20,000 bases of DNA from the IMG/VR virus record IMGVR_UViG_3300011438_000001. One strand, 5' to 3'. Below the pieces are notes generated by a model. That model made no database searches and had not been told where the DNA came from. It worked only from the letters and a program-made list of their open reading frames with translations. This DNA comes from an uncultured virus (IMG/VR IMGVR_UViG_3300011438_000001) (Duplodnaviria > Heunggongvirae > Uroviricota > Caudoviricetes). Positions within the stretch are counted from its first letter, which is position 1, and each line of letters starts with the position of its first letter. Shown piece after piece: positions 7,865-16,200 of the stretch. The position numbers and the translations under genes were made by a program.

Positions 7865-8035
7865 ATGCTTGGCACACCATTAGGACCGATCGACCTCGTC
7901 AAGCTTGCCACAGGTAAGGTGGTAAAGCTCGACCTCAAGGGCGCCGACATGACCATTGGCGATGTCGCGATCAAGGGGGATGCGCATATCGAACTGCAGA
8001 TCACCGATGTTGATTCTGCCAAGAAGGAAGGCTGA
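7865..8035 (+). CDS. Small hypothetical protein (56 aa)
   Basis: Strong AAGGAG at 7853-7858 precedes ATG 7865 (MLGTPLGPIDLVKLATGK...). The ORF fills the gap between its neighbours. Confidence 0.7.
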   Translation: MLGTPLGPIDLVKLATGKVVKLDLKGADMTIGDVAIKGDAHIELQITDVDSAKKEG

Positions 8036-8043
8036 GAAATTCA

Positions 8044-8244
8044 ATGCACCCACATCCACTCGTCGTCTGGATCGGCGTTGCGCTCATCGCTGCTCTTGCC
8101 ATTTGGCTTCTGCAGCAACTCCCCCTTGACCCGTCGATCGTCCGTATAATCCGCGCCGTCATCATCTTCGTCGTGGCGGCTTGGCTCATCTCGGCGATCT
8201 GGGCCATGCTGTTTGGGGCTCCACTCCTCCCAATGCTTCGTTGA
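8044..8244 (+). CDS. Small two-TM membrane protein resembling Thivi_2564-family proteins (66 aa)
   Basis: Two hydrophobic helices are joined by QQLPLDPSIVRII, matching the recalled 'W....P...P...I...V' pattern of that family. AAGGAAGG lies upstream. Confidence 0.65.
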   Translation: MHPHPLVVWIGVALIAALAIWLLQQLPLDPSIVRIIRAVIIFVVAAWLISAIWAMLFGAPLLPMLR

Positions 8245-8261
8245 CCCAGTAAACCCCGACA

Positions 8262-8933
8262 ATGAGAATTGCTTGGTATGTCTCCCTCGTAGCCCAGGCG
8301 ATTCTAGCCCTGACCCTTTGGGAGCCCAATCGCCGCAACTGGTTCGTTCGCTATCTCGTCATTGCCCTCGCCGTCTCCATGATCCGGATTCAATTCTCCG
8401 GAGGCGCCCGCTATTTCTCCGACCACGACTATTGGTATGCGTGGACGGCTACTGAGCCCCTGCTCCTTGGCCTGCAATTCCTAGCCGTCGAGCAAGCCAC
8501 CCGCGGGACCACCCGCGATTTGTTCCACATCGCCATCATCATGGCGATCTCCTTCACGCTCTGGGCGATCCTTCTAACCGGCGACAACTGGTCGATTCTG
8601 CGCCGCGCCGCCCTCCTGCTCAAGCAAGCCGGCACCTTTGGCTGCTTCTCCTGCCTCTTCATCCCAGCCGTTATGCCGGCCGTCCTGCGCAACCTCTCGA
8701 TCGCCCGACTTACTATCCCGGCCCGCACCGACCTTTGGATGCTTTCTTATTTCACTCTCAACGGCCTCTCGCTAGTCGCCGCCCAGGTCACCATCACCCA
8801 GCCAGCCATTCAAGCCGTTTCCACAGTTCATCTCGTCCTAATCACCTGCCTGTTCATGACCTGGACCGTCTCCACGGTTTGGCAGCAGTTTCGTGTAGGG
8901 GTTCCTGCCTATGTCCGAAGTCCTGATCGATAG
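8262..8933 (+). CDS. Polytopic (~6-7 TM) membrane protein of unknown function (223 aa)
   Basis: Serial hydrophobic segments with no soluble domain. The motifs WFxxYL and YWYAWTATEPL resemble an uncharacterised 7TM family I associate with Acidobacteriota (recalled, not verified). Confidence 0.75.
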   Translation: MRIAWYVSLVAQAILALTLWEPNRRNWFVRYLVIALAVSMIRIQFSGGARYFSDHDYWYAWTATEPLLLGLQFLAVEQATRGTTRDLFHIAIIMAISFTLWAILLTGDNWSILRRAALLLKQAGTFGCFSCLFIPAVMPAVLRNLSIARLTIPARTDLWMLSYFTLNGLSLVAAQVTITQPAIQAVSTVHLVLITCLFMTWTVSTVWQQFRVGVPAYVRSPDR

Positions 8934-9198
8934 AGAAACACCAAATATGCCACCAGCATCGCTTCATGAAATAAGCAGATCTCTTGCGCTGTTGCACCAG
9001 CGGATCGAGCATAGCGAGGACCGGCAGGCCGGCAAGTGGGAAGTCTACAACGATCGCCAGGATCGTATTGACAAGCATTTAGAATCCACCGACTGTGATG
9101 TTGGCGAGTTGCGCAAGTTCATGATCCAGCTGAAGACGATTGGAGTTATTATCGGGATTGTCTGGCCGCTGGTGGTTAAGTATCTGCTGCCGAAATAA
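8911..9198 (+). CDS. Holin-like protein: coiled coil plus single C-terminal TM helix (XhlA-type architecture; 95 aa)
   Basis: A charged heptad region is followed by TIGVIIGIVWPLVVKYLLPK. An alternative start exists at ATG 8947. Confidence 0.6.
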   Translation: MSEVLIDRETPNMPPASLHEISRSLALLHQRIEHSEDRQAGKWEVYNDRQDRIDKHLESTDCDVGELRKFMIQLKTIGVIIGIVWPLVVKYLLPK

Positions 9199-9237
9199 TT
9201 TTGCAAAGAAACGAAAGAGGGAAAGGACAAAGCAACC

Positions 9238-9438
9238 ATGAAAGCACACTTCAAGAAATATCGAGACGGCTTCACCTTGCGGGTCTCTGGCCTGAGCAAG
9301 ACCCAGATACTCAAGGCAATCAGCGCCATCAAAGGTGATCTGGTCGCCGCTCAGGGGTTGGGGCAAGAGCGAGTGACCATGGCGGCTTTCGATGATCCAC
9401 TTCCTTCATGTGCGCCGGATGAGCCCCGCTGCTCTTGA
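9238..9438 (+). CDS. Small protein (66 aa), candidate peptide precursor ending in FDDPLPSCAPDEPRCS
   Basis: A purine-rich leader with GAGG/AAAGGA precedes ATG 9238. The N-terminal part is basic/amphipathic and the C-terminal 16-mer is acidic and Pro-rich with two Cys. Confidence 0.65.
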   Translation: MKAHFKKYRDGFTLRVSGLSKTQILKAISAIKGDLVAAQGLGQERVTMAAFDDPLPSCAPDEPRCS

Positions 9439-9478
9439 ATCCTGGCACCAAATCTGGCTCGTAACTTCTAGCCACGCA

Positions 9479-9503
9479 TGGTAAACTTGCCCTGATAAAG
9501 GAG
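9479..9503 (+). promoter_or_regulatory. Candidate extended -10 promoter and RBS for the ejection-protein genes
   Basis: TG-G-TAAACT at 9479-9487 with a poor -35 match; AAGGAG at 9498-9503. Confidence 0.4.
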
Positions 9504-9514
9504 ATCTTCATCTC

Positions 9515-11380
9515 ATGGGTGGATATGTTCAGCCGATGGGTGGTGGTGGACGGGGCGGCGGGCGGTTCAACCCGGGGCTTCCCCAACGGCGCATGTCGCT
9601 GATGAATGAAGGCGGCAGCGGTGGCGGGGGCAGCTACGCTGATCCTTATGGCGAAGGGCTCTCAGCCCCTCCCGGCTATGGCCTCGACGCCGGCGGGATG
9701 GCCCCAATGTCTGGTGGTGGCTCCGGTGGTCCACCTCCTGACGCCGTTGGCGGCGGGTTCAACGGCGGCGCCTACCGCCCAGCTCAAGCTCCCGGCCCCA
9801 TCCGCGGCTCCACTCCCTACCGCCCGGCCAACGGTCTCTCCTCTATGGAGAACTGGTCCAATGAACAAGACCGTGCAGCCGGCGGTGCGGATGTTCTAGA
9901 CCAAGGGATCAGGGATTTTTATAATCAAGCCCAAGAACAAGCCGCCCGTTACGGTGGGCAGGCTGATGAATACTTCGCCCAGCTGATGCAAAACGCGGGC
10001 TATTCTCCACAAGAAGCCCAGCAGATCATGCGCGAGTCCGAGACCAACGGGCTCAAGATGGGCGATGAGGAATTTAATTCAAGGTTCCAAACCGAAGGTG
10101 AGCGTGGAGAAATCCGCGGCAATCCTTATGGGGCAAGGGATTCATTTGCCCGGGATAGTGGGACAACAAGAGACACCTTCTACGACAACAACAACAAGGT
10201 CTCGCAAACCGTCAACGCGGCTGCTGATGATGTTCTTGGCTCCACCAATGCCTATAGAAAGTCTCTGGGCGACACCGCGAATCGCTACAACGGCGCCGTT
10301 GACCAAGCGAACTTTGATGTGGATCCTGCATATTCCGGCAGAGTCTCAAGTCTCGATTCTGAAGCCGGCCGGGATCTTTCTCTCTCCGATCGCTACATGG
10401 AGAAGCGGGGCTGGTCTGAAGGGGATCTTGATAAAGTTTCTGGACGAGCTGCCCGGCAAGTCGGTGGTGCTTACGCATCCGAAGTCGATGCGATCAACCG
10501 CCAAGCTGCTGCCAGTGGCAACACCAACCCGATGGCTCTTGCCGCCGCTCGCCTGCGTGCTGCGCGATCCGGTGCAGTAGACCAAGGGGACGCGATCGCC
10601 AACGCAGAAGCCGCCGGCCTCAACACGGCCAAGCTTGCAGAGCAGGATATCGAAGGGACCAGACTTGGTGCGGCAGGGCAGCGGATCCAAACCCGCGCTG
10701 GTCTTGCCTCCGACGTCGAAGATCGCCGGTTCCGCGGGGAAGAGGCCGGGATGGGCGCAAGATTCCATGCGGCTGATGCCACCACGGCGGCGGAACGTGC
10801 TGCCAACGACGCTGGATTTGCCGGCGCCCGCTACACCGGGGATCTCCGGACTGGTGCTGCAGAGCGCACTCGAGAAGCAGCCACCGGCCTTGATGAACGC
10901 ACCGCTAAGACCCAGGCTGATTACGAACGCGCCGGTGAGCAAGCAGCATCCGATCGCGGAACCCACCTTGCCGACACCCGCGCCACCATCGCCGCCAACA
11001 CCGGCCAGGAGCGATTCTCCCGGGGCGCCTACGCCAACGATGCATCGTCTGGCCGCGCAAGAACTGTTGCAGATGCCCGTCGTGCTGACGAGACGGCCGG
11101 CCGTGGTTACTACGCCGGGCAGGCTGGCGACTGGGCCAACCGCGGGCAGACTGCACTGGGTCAACGCACATCCGCTTATAGTGCAGGAACCGCAGCGACC
11201 CAAGGTGCAGCTCGAGGTTATGGAAATGCTTATGAGGCCAAGCAGCAACGGCCTGGAACGTTTGGCAAAATTCTAGGTGCTGCAACCGGGATTCTTGGCG
11301 GGCTTAATCCCACTGGAACTCTAGGCAGAGTAGCCGGTGCTGCGGCCGGTGGTGCTCGCGGCATGGGCAGAGGTTACTAA
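9515..11380 (+). CDS. Putative internal virion/DNA-ejection (pilot-like) protein (621 aa)
   Basis: Gly/Ala/Arg/Gln-rich and apparently helical, with a Gly/Pro/Met-rich N-terminus and C-terminal glycine-zipper amphipathic segments (GTFGKILGAATGILGG...GRVAGAAAGGARG). It is the first of three large genes in the arrangement typical of P22 gp7/gp20/gp16 or T7 gp14-16 (analogy only). Confidence 0.6.
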   Translation: MGGYVQPMGGGGRGGGRFNPGLPQRRMSLMNEGGSGGGGSYADPYGEGLSAPPGYGLDAGGMAPMSGGGSGGPPPDAVGGGFNGGAYRPAQAPGPIRGSTPYRPANGLSSMENWSNEQDRAAGGADVLDQGIRDFYNQAQEQAARYGGQADEYFAQLMQNAGYSPQEAQQIMRESETNGLKMGDEEFNSRFQTEGERGEIRGNPYGARDSFARDSGTTRDTFYDNNNKVSQTVNAAADDVLGSTNAYRKSLGDTANRYNGAVDQANFDVDPAYSGRVSSLDSEAGRDLSLSDRYMEKRGWSEGDLDKVSGRAARQVGGAYASEVDAINRQAAASGNTNPMALAAARLRAARSGAVDQGDAIANAEAAGLNTAKLAEQDIEGTRLGAAGQRIQTRAGLASDVEDRRFRGEEAGMGARFHAADATTAAERAANDAGFAGARYTGDLRTGAAERTREAATGLDERTAKTQADYERAGEQAASDRGTHLADTRATIAANTGQERFSRGAYANDASSGRARTVADARRADETAGRGYYAGQAGDWANRGQTALGQRTSAYSAGTAATQGAARGYGNAYEAKQQRPGTFGKILGAATGILGGLNPTGTLGRVAGAAAGGARGMGRGY

Positions 11381-11384
11381 CGAA

Positions 11385-13265
11385 ATGGGAATCTTCGACG
11401 TTCTGCGCGGCAATAGTAGGACATCCTTCCGGACGCCTCCTTTCATCAATCCTGGAATGCGACCTCGCCCAACCGACATGGATGCCGATGACATGGGCGG
11501 CAGGACTGATTCCGACATGGATGACGCCGGCATGGGCAGCAGGTATGGCGGGACTCCAGCTTATCAACAGCAGCGGGCTGAAGAGGATCTGTCGTCTATG
11601 ACGAATCAGGATCATGCATATCCCGCGGCGCAAACCCATCAACCTACTCCACCTCCTGCCTATAATCCACCGCCACCGGATGCTGATGGCGGGGCTGGTG
11701 CATCAGCAGGTGGAGGCTCAGGCGCCCTGGGCTCCCTCCGCACCGCTGCCCGCCCCCGCCGGTCCTACGACCCCAACGACCTCCCGCGCCTGCCCTCCCC
11801 AGCCCAGGACGACTATGATCAATTCCTCCTGCGCCAAGCGCAATCCCGCCCAGGGGATGACGATTCCCCCGTGGCTAAGTCGCCATCCATCTGGCGGCGG
11901 ATCGGCGCCATGGCCCTCGGCGGGGCAGCGGGATATGCGAGCAACACTCCAAACGCCGTCTCGCCATATGCACTAGACCGGGCAGAGGAAGGAATCCTTT
12001 ATGGTGGCAGTGGCGAGCCCGAAAGATTGCAGCAGATCGCCCTCACCAAAGCTTCTCTTGCTGAACGCGCCACCCGCGAGAATGCCTCGCTCGACGACAG
12101 AATGAAATTGCAGCAGCATCAAAACCAAATGGAGCACTGGGATGCTCTCGCCGAGAACGCCCGCGAGATGACGGCCGCTTCCGCTGATGCCCGTGCCGCG
12201 GCTACTGAGGCTCGCAATATCGCCACCAAAGAACGTGAGCAGCGCGATCGCCAGACTGCGATGAATTCTCAAAACGCTCTGCAATATCAAATCGGCAAGG
12301 GCGATATGATTCCTGCGGGGCAGATTCCAACCCACCAAATGGATCTGGGGATGCCCCCTGGCGGATGGCAAGGCCCGGTGGACGACAACGGGCAATCGAG
12401 TGGTCCATTATCCGCCCCTCCATCTGTGCCTTCTCTTCCTCCAGGAATCTCCAGCTCCATTCCGATCAACGTGCAGGAGCCGGGCTGGAATAAATTCACC
12501 ATGCAACAGTTGAATCCGGATGGTTCTTATAAGCCCCTCGAGATGGCGGCACCGTCTGCAGAACGACGTGCGAAGAATGCCGGCGACATGGCTGAGGCGA
12601 AGAACGAAGTGGATGTTCCGGCGAATCAACGGGCGATGTTCGGCGGCGCAGCCAAGGTCGACAAGCGAATCTACGACGCCACCTTGAAACGTGATTCATC
12701 GGCGGCACGGGATGCAATCAATAAAGAAATCCAGCAAGGCCACGACCAAGCCAGCCGGGCTAGGTCTGGTGTCATGCTGCAAGCAGCGCAGCTCCGCACC
12801 ACCATCGGCGGGGCCAAAGCCATGAACCCTGCCCAAATCCAATCCTCCCTGAACGCCATTGCCCGCATGAAGAACAGCTCGGTCGGCGCGGAAGCAATTG
12901 CCCGCAGGACTGCCGCCACCGCGCATGCCCGTCTTGCCTCCACCCAATACCAAATGTCGCCTGAGGAATATACTACGACCAAAACGGCAATTGATAACGC
13001 CGAAAAGTCTGCGGTGGAAGAAGCGAATAAGATGCAGCAATACTTCGACACCATGGAGCAGGAGGTTCGGGCGAAGGCTGTGGCTGCGGCCAATCCCAAT
13101 CCAGCATCGCCTGCCCCCGGGGCTGCGCCTGGAGCTGAAGATCCAAACGCCATTCGCAACCGGCTGAAGCTTCCACCTGCGGGGAACCAGCCCAACCCGG
13201 GGCTCAACCCGCCGCCCGGTGGTGGCGCAGGATTGCAAGGCAACCGCAGCATCTTTGGCCGTTAG
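11385..13265 (+). CDS. Putative internal virion/DNA-ejection protein (626 aa)
   Basis: Start reassigned to ATG 11385 (GAGG at 11370-11373). Low-complexity Pro/Gly regions alternate with Ala/Gln/Glu coiled coils, with one amphipathic motif PSIWRRIGAMALGGAAGY. Confidence 0.6.
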   Translation: MGIFDVLRGNSRTSFRTPPFINPGMRPRPTDMDADDMGGRTDSDMDDAGMGSRYGGTPAYQQQRAEEDLSSMTNQDHAYPAAQTHQPTPPPAYNPPPPDADGGAGASAGGGSGALGSLRTAARPRRSYDPNDLPRLPSPAQDDYDQFLLRQAQSRPGDDDSPVAKSPSIWRRIGAMALGGAAGYASNTPNAVSPYALDRAEEGILYGGSGEPERLQQIALTKASLAERATRENASLDDRMKLQQHQNQMEHWDALAENAREMTAASADARAAATEARNIATKEREQRDRQTAMNSQNALQYQIGKGDMIPAGQIPTHQMDLGMPPGGWQGPVDDNGQSSGPLSAPPSVPSLPPGISSSIPINVQEPGWNKFTMQQLNPDGSYKPLEMAAPSAERRAKNAGDMAEAKNEVDVPANQRAMFGGAAKVDKRIYDATLKRDSSAARDAINKEIQQGHDQASRARSGVMLQAAQLRTTIGGAKAMNPAQIQSSLNAIARMKNSSVGAEAIARRTAATAHARLASTQYQMSPEEYTTTKTAIDNAEKSAVEEANKMQQYFDTMEQEVRAKAVAAANPNPASPAPGAAPGAEDPNAIRNRLKLPPAGNQPNPGLNPPPGGGAGLQGNRSIFGR

Positions 13266-13291
13266 AATCTGGCTCGATTTTTTGAAAAACA

Positions 13292-16200
13292 ATGTCAGCC
13301 TTCCCTTTTCCCCTTGGCCCACCGCGATCCACCTCCATGAGCGCCCGCCGCTCGATCCGCGACCTGGGCCGGGAGACCCGCAGCAAATTCCCTGGCCAGT
13401 TCGACGACATCCCCGACGATGCGGCATTGGGAAGGGCGACTAAGGAGACTTATCCGGATCAGCATGCCGATGTTGTGGATGATGATCCATTTCCGGATTT
13501 TAGTGGACCTTCCCAACCCAACGCCCCGCCAGCCTTTCGTCCTCCACCTACTCAAGGCAACGTTCTATCCTTTGGTCCACCTTCCCCGCAGCAGGTGCAA
13601 TATGCTCGTGCAACAACCCCCAAGCGTGAGCCTTTTCGATCTACTGGCGCTGACTCTGCTTTGCCTCTTGGTCCACCGCCCCGCTCGCCAGGGCAGGTAG
13701 ACCCGGTTCGCAGTCGTCCTGGCGATGATCCTTATGCCGCGGCGCGGCTCAACATCGGCGCTGATGAAGCATTAGGCGCACGGGAAGCTCCAGGTCTCGC
13801 CGGCGCCTACGAAAAGCACCAGATCCGCGAGGTCGGCGCCGGTGCTTATCAAACCCTGACCGGGACCGACCCAGACGCTCCATGGAATGCGCCTTCCAGC
13901 CCGGTCGATTCAAGATTTGGTGGACTGAACCGGGCTGCGGTTGGGCTGGGGATGGCCTTTGCCCCAGTTGCCCTTCCACTTGCCGCTGGAGCTGCACCTG
14001 CCGCCACTGCTGCGGGCGCGATTGCCGGCATGCCAATCCAGGCTGGTGTCGAGCATGGCCTGCGATATGCCGGCGCTGGGCCTGGGGTCTCTGCGGCCGC
14101 TGGGACACTGGCTGGCGGATGGGCTGGGGCAAGAGCCGGCAGATGGGCAGCTGGCCGATTTGGTGGAGGCGTAGAACCACCACCGCCTGTTGACGACGGC
14201 AGTGGCGTCCATGTGGATCCTACCCGGCCGCGCCCGACCGGCCCGCACCATGAGCCTACGCCTGTAAGTCAGGCAAGAGCCGACGATATCGAAGGTTCGT
14301 ACTACATGATGGCGCAGCCGATGGGCGACCGGCCACCATATTCATTCCAGGAAATTCCGTCGCTGCCAACGCAATCGCGAGCAACCCGGCCACCAGGGTT
14401 TCAACGACTGCCGCCACGCCAAGCTCCTGGGGCTGGCCCTGGTCCCGCGGCGGTCCCATCTGCCGTCCCCAACGAGACCGCTGGCGTTGCAGGCGCCACT
14501 GCTCCAACTGGCATCCCCCTAGAACTCGCAGCCCCTCCTCCTTATCGTCCAGGGCTGCAACCGCGCCAATCCGCCTCGACCATCATTCCACCGTCTCGTC
14601 AACTTGGTCCAGCTCCAATCCCAACCCTCCCGATCCAAGGCGCCGGCCCGGTTCAAGGATCCCTGCTCCGCGCCCCCGTGACCTACGATCCCCTGGGCAC
14701 CTCCCAGATCCCAGGCTCGCCCCCTGGCGCCCGCCCCCCGATCTTCCCCTACGATCCTTATGATCCAATCCAAGGTCCAACGCCTCGTCCACCTACTGTG
14801 CTGCCGCGCAATGCGCAAGGGCAACCGATCTGGTCCGAGAATCCAACGACCACCCAGCAGATCAATCTGCCGGAACCTATGGGTCCAGCCGCACAAGGCG
14901 GCGGCGGGCTTCCCAGGCCTGCACCGCTAGCTCCACCTGGGGCGACGGCGTTTTTAGAATCGCCTAATCCTAACCCCCTCTCGCCATCCGGTCTCCCGGG
15001 CTGGGATCTCCGACGCAACCGCATGATGGCCGGCGATGTTGCGGCAGATCCACGATCTCAATTGTCGCAACCCGGGATTGCCAAGCCTCCATCGCCTGCT
15101 CCACTGGCCCCGCCGGCGATCGGTGCTTCTCCACTCCCCCCGCCACCGGCCGTTCCCAAGGCTCCACTGGCGCCAACGACCCCTCCTCCCCGTCCGGTCT
15201 CCGCCCTGGATCTCGAGAGGCTGGGCATGGAACCTGCGCCTCCAACTCAAGCTCCACCATCTGGAGTCCTGCAACTAGACCCAGCTCGACGTGCCAAGAC
15301 CCTGGCAGAGCTGATCGCCTTCCGCGACGGCAAGAAGGGCTATGTCGGCGGCGGTCCCGGCGGGCAGAAGGCTCCGACGAAATTCGAGGATCTCCCATCG
15401 GAATCCAAACTGGCAATCCATCGCCAGATTGATCAGCTCAAAGCTGCCGATCCTTCCTACGTGGCGCCCAAGCCTTCAGTTCCTGCATTTGCCGCGGCCA
15501 AAGCGCGGGGCCTCCGCGATCCAACTCCTTCTCCTTCTGCTGCGCAGATTGCTAATCCCGTAACGGCTCCTGCCACAACAATGACCAACGGGATGAAGAC
15601 CGGCATCCTCACCCGGCTAGGTGATCTTGCCGCCAGTGTCAAGAACGTTGCCGTTAGAAACTTCTCCAACCTGGAGAGGTATGGACGGGAGCCTTCGGCT
15701 AAGGCAACAGAGGCTATGGGCGATAACCCCGCCGGCGCCAAGACGGCTTATGCGATCGCGCAAGGGATCGGTGCTGCACGCACGGCCGCTAAAGTCCGGA
15801 TGGCCACCTGGATTACTGACGCAAATAAAGCCGCCGGCCATGATGCAAATGCTGCCGTCAATGCATCTCCTGTTCAACCTGCACTGGACGCAATGACCTA
15901 TTCCAGGATCGTCGGCAAGGGCAATCAATATGAGCGGCTCGCCAACGTGATCGAGCAATCCTCCGACCCCGATCTTCGCACGGCAAATGAAACTTGGCTC
16001 TCCGACATCCTGGGCGCCGTTGATTCGGTCGCCTACGATTCGCCTTCCGGCACCTACGGATCCGGCATGCGCGGCAAGGTTGCAGAAATGATGGCGGAAG
16101 GGAAGCTTGATGATGCCCGCGCTTACGTCTCTAACGCATTTCGTGGACTCGCGGCAACCGTTAGAGAAAGGCAGCTGCCAAAGTTCCACGACGCCATGGT

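Noticed and set aside
5848..9217. GAAACGAAAG repeated in two intergenic gaps (5848-5857 and 9208-9217)
   Set aside because: Both copies run into purine-rich Shine-Dalgarno regions, so the match is most simply an A-rich translation leader.
9238..9438. AgrD/arbitrium/lanthipeptide assignment for the small Cys peptide
   Set aside because: No AgrB, histidine kinase, AimR-like TPR receptor or modifying enzyme is in the window, and the motif layout does not fit those families. It is kept only as an unassigned candidate peptide.
10346..11248. 300-aa antisense ORF
   Set aside because: It lies wholly opposite the 621-aa gene, has no recognisable motifs, and is consistent with a GC-rich codon shadow.
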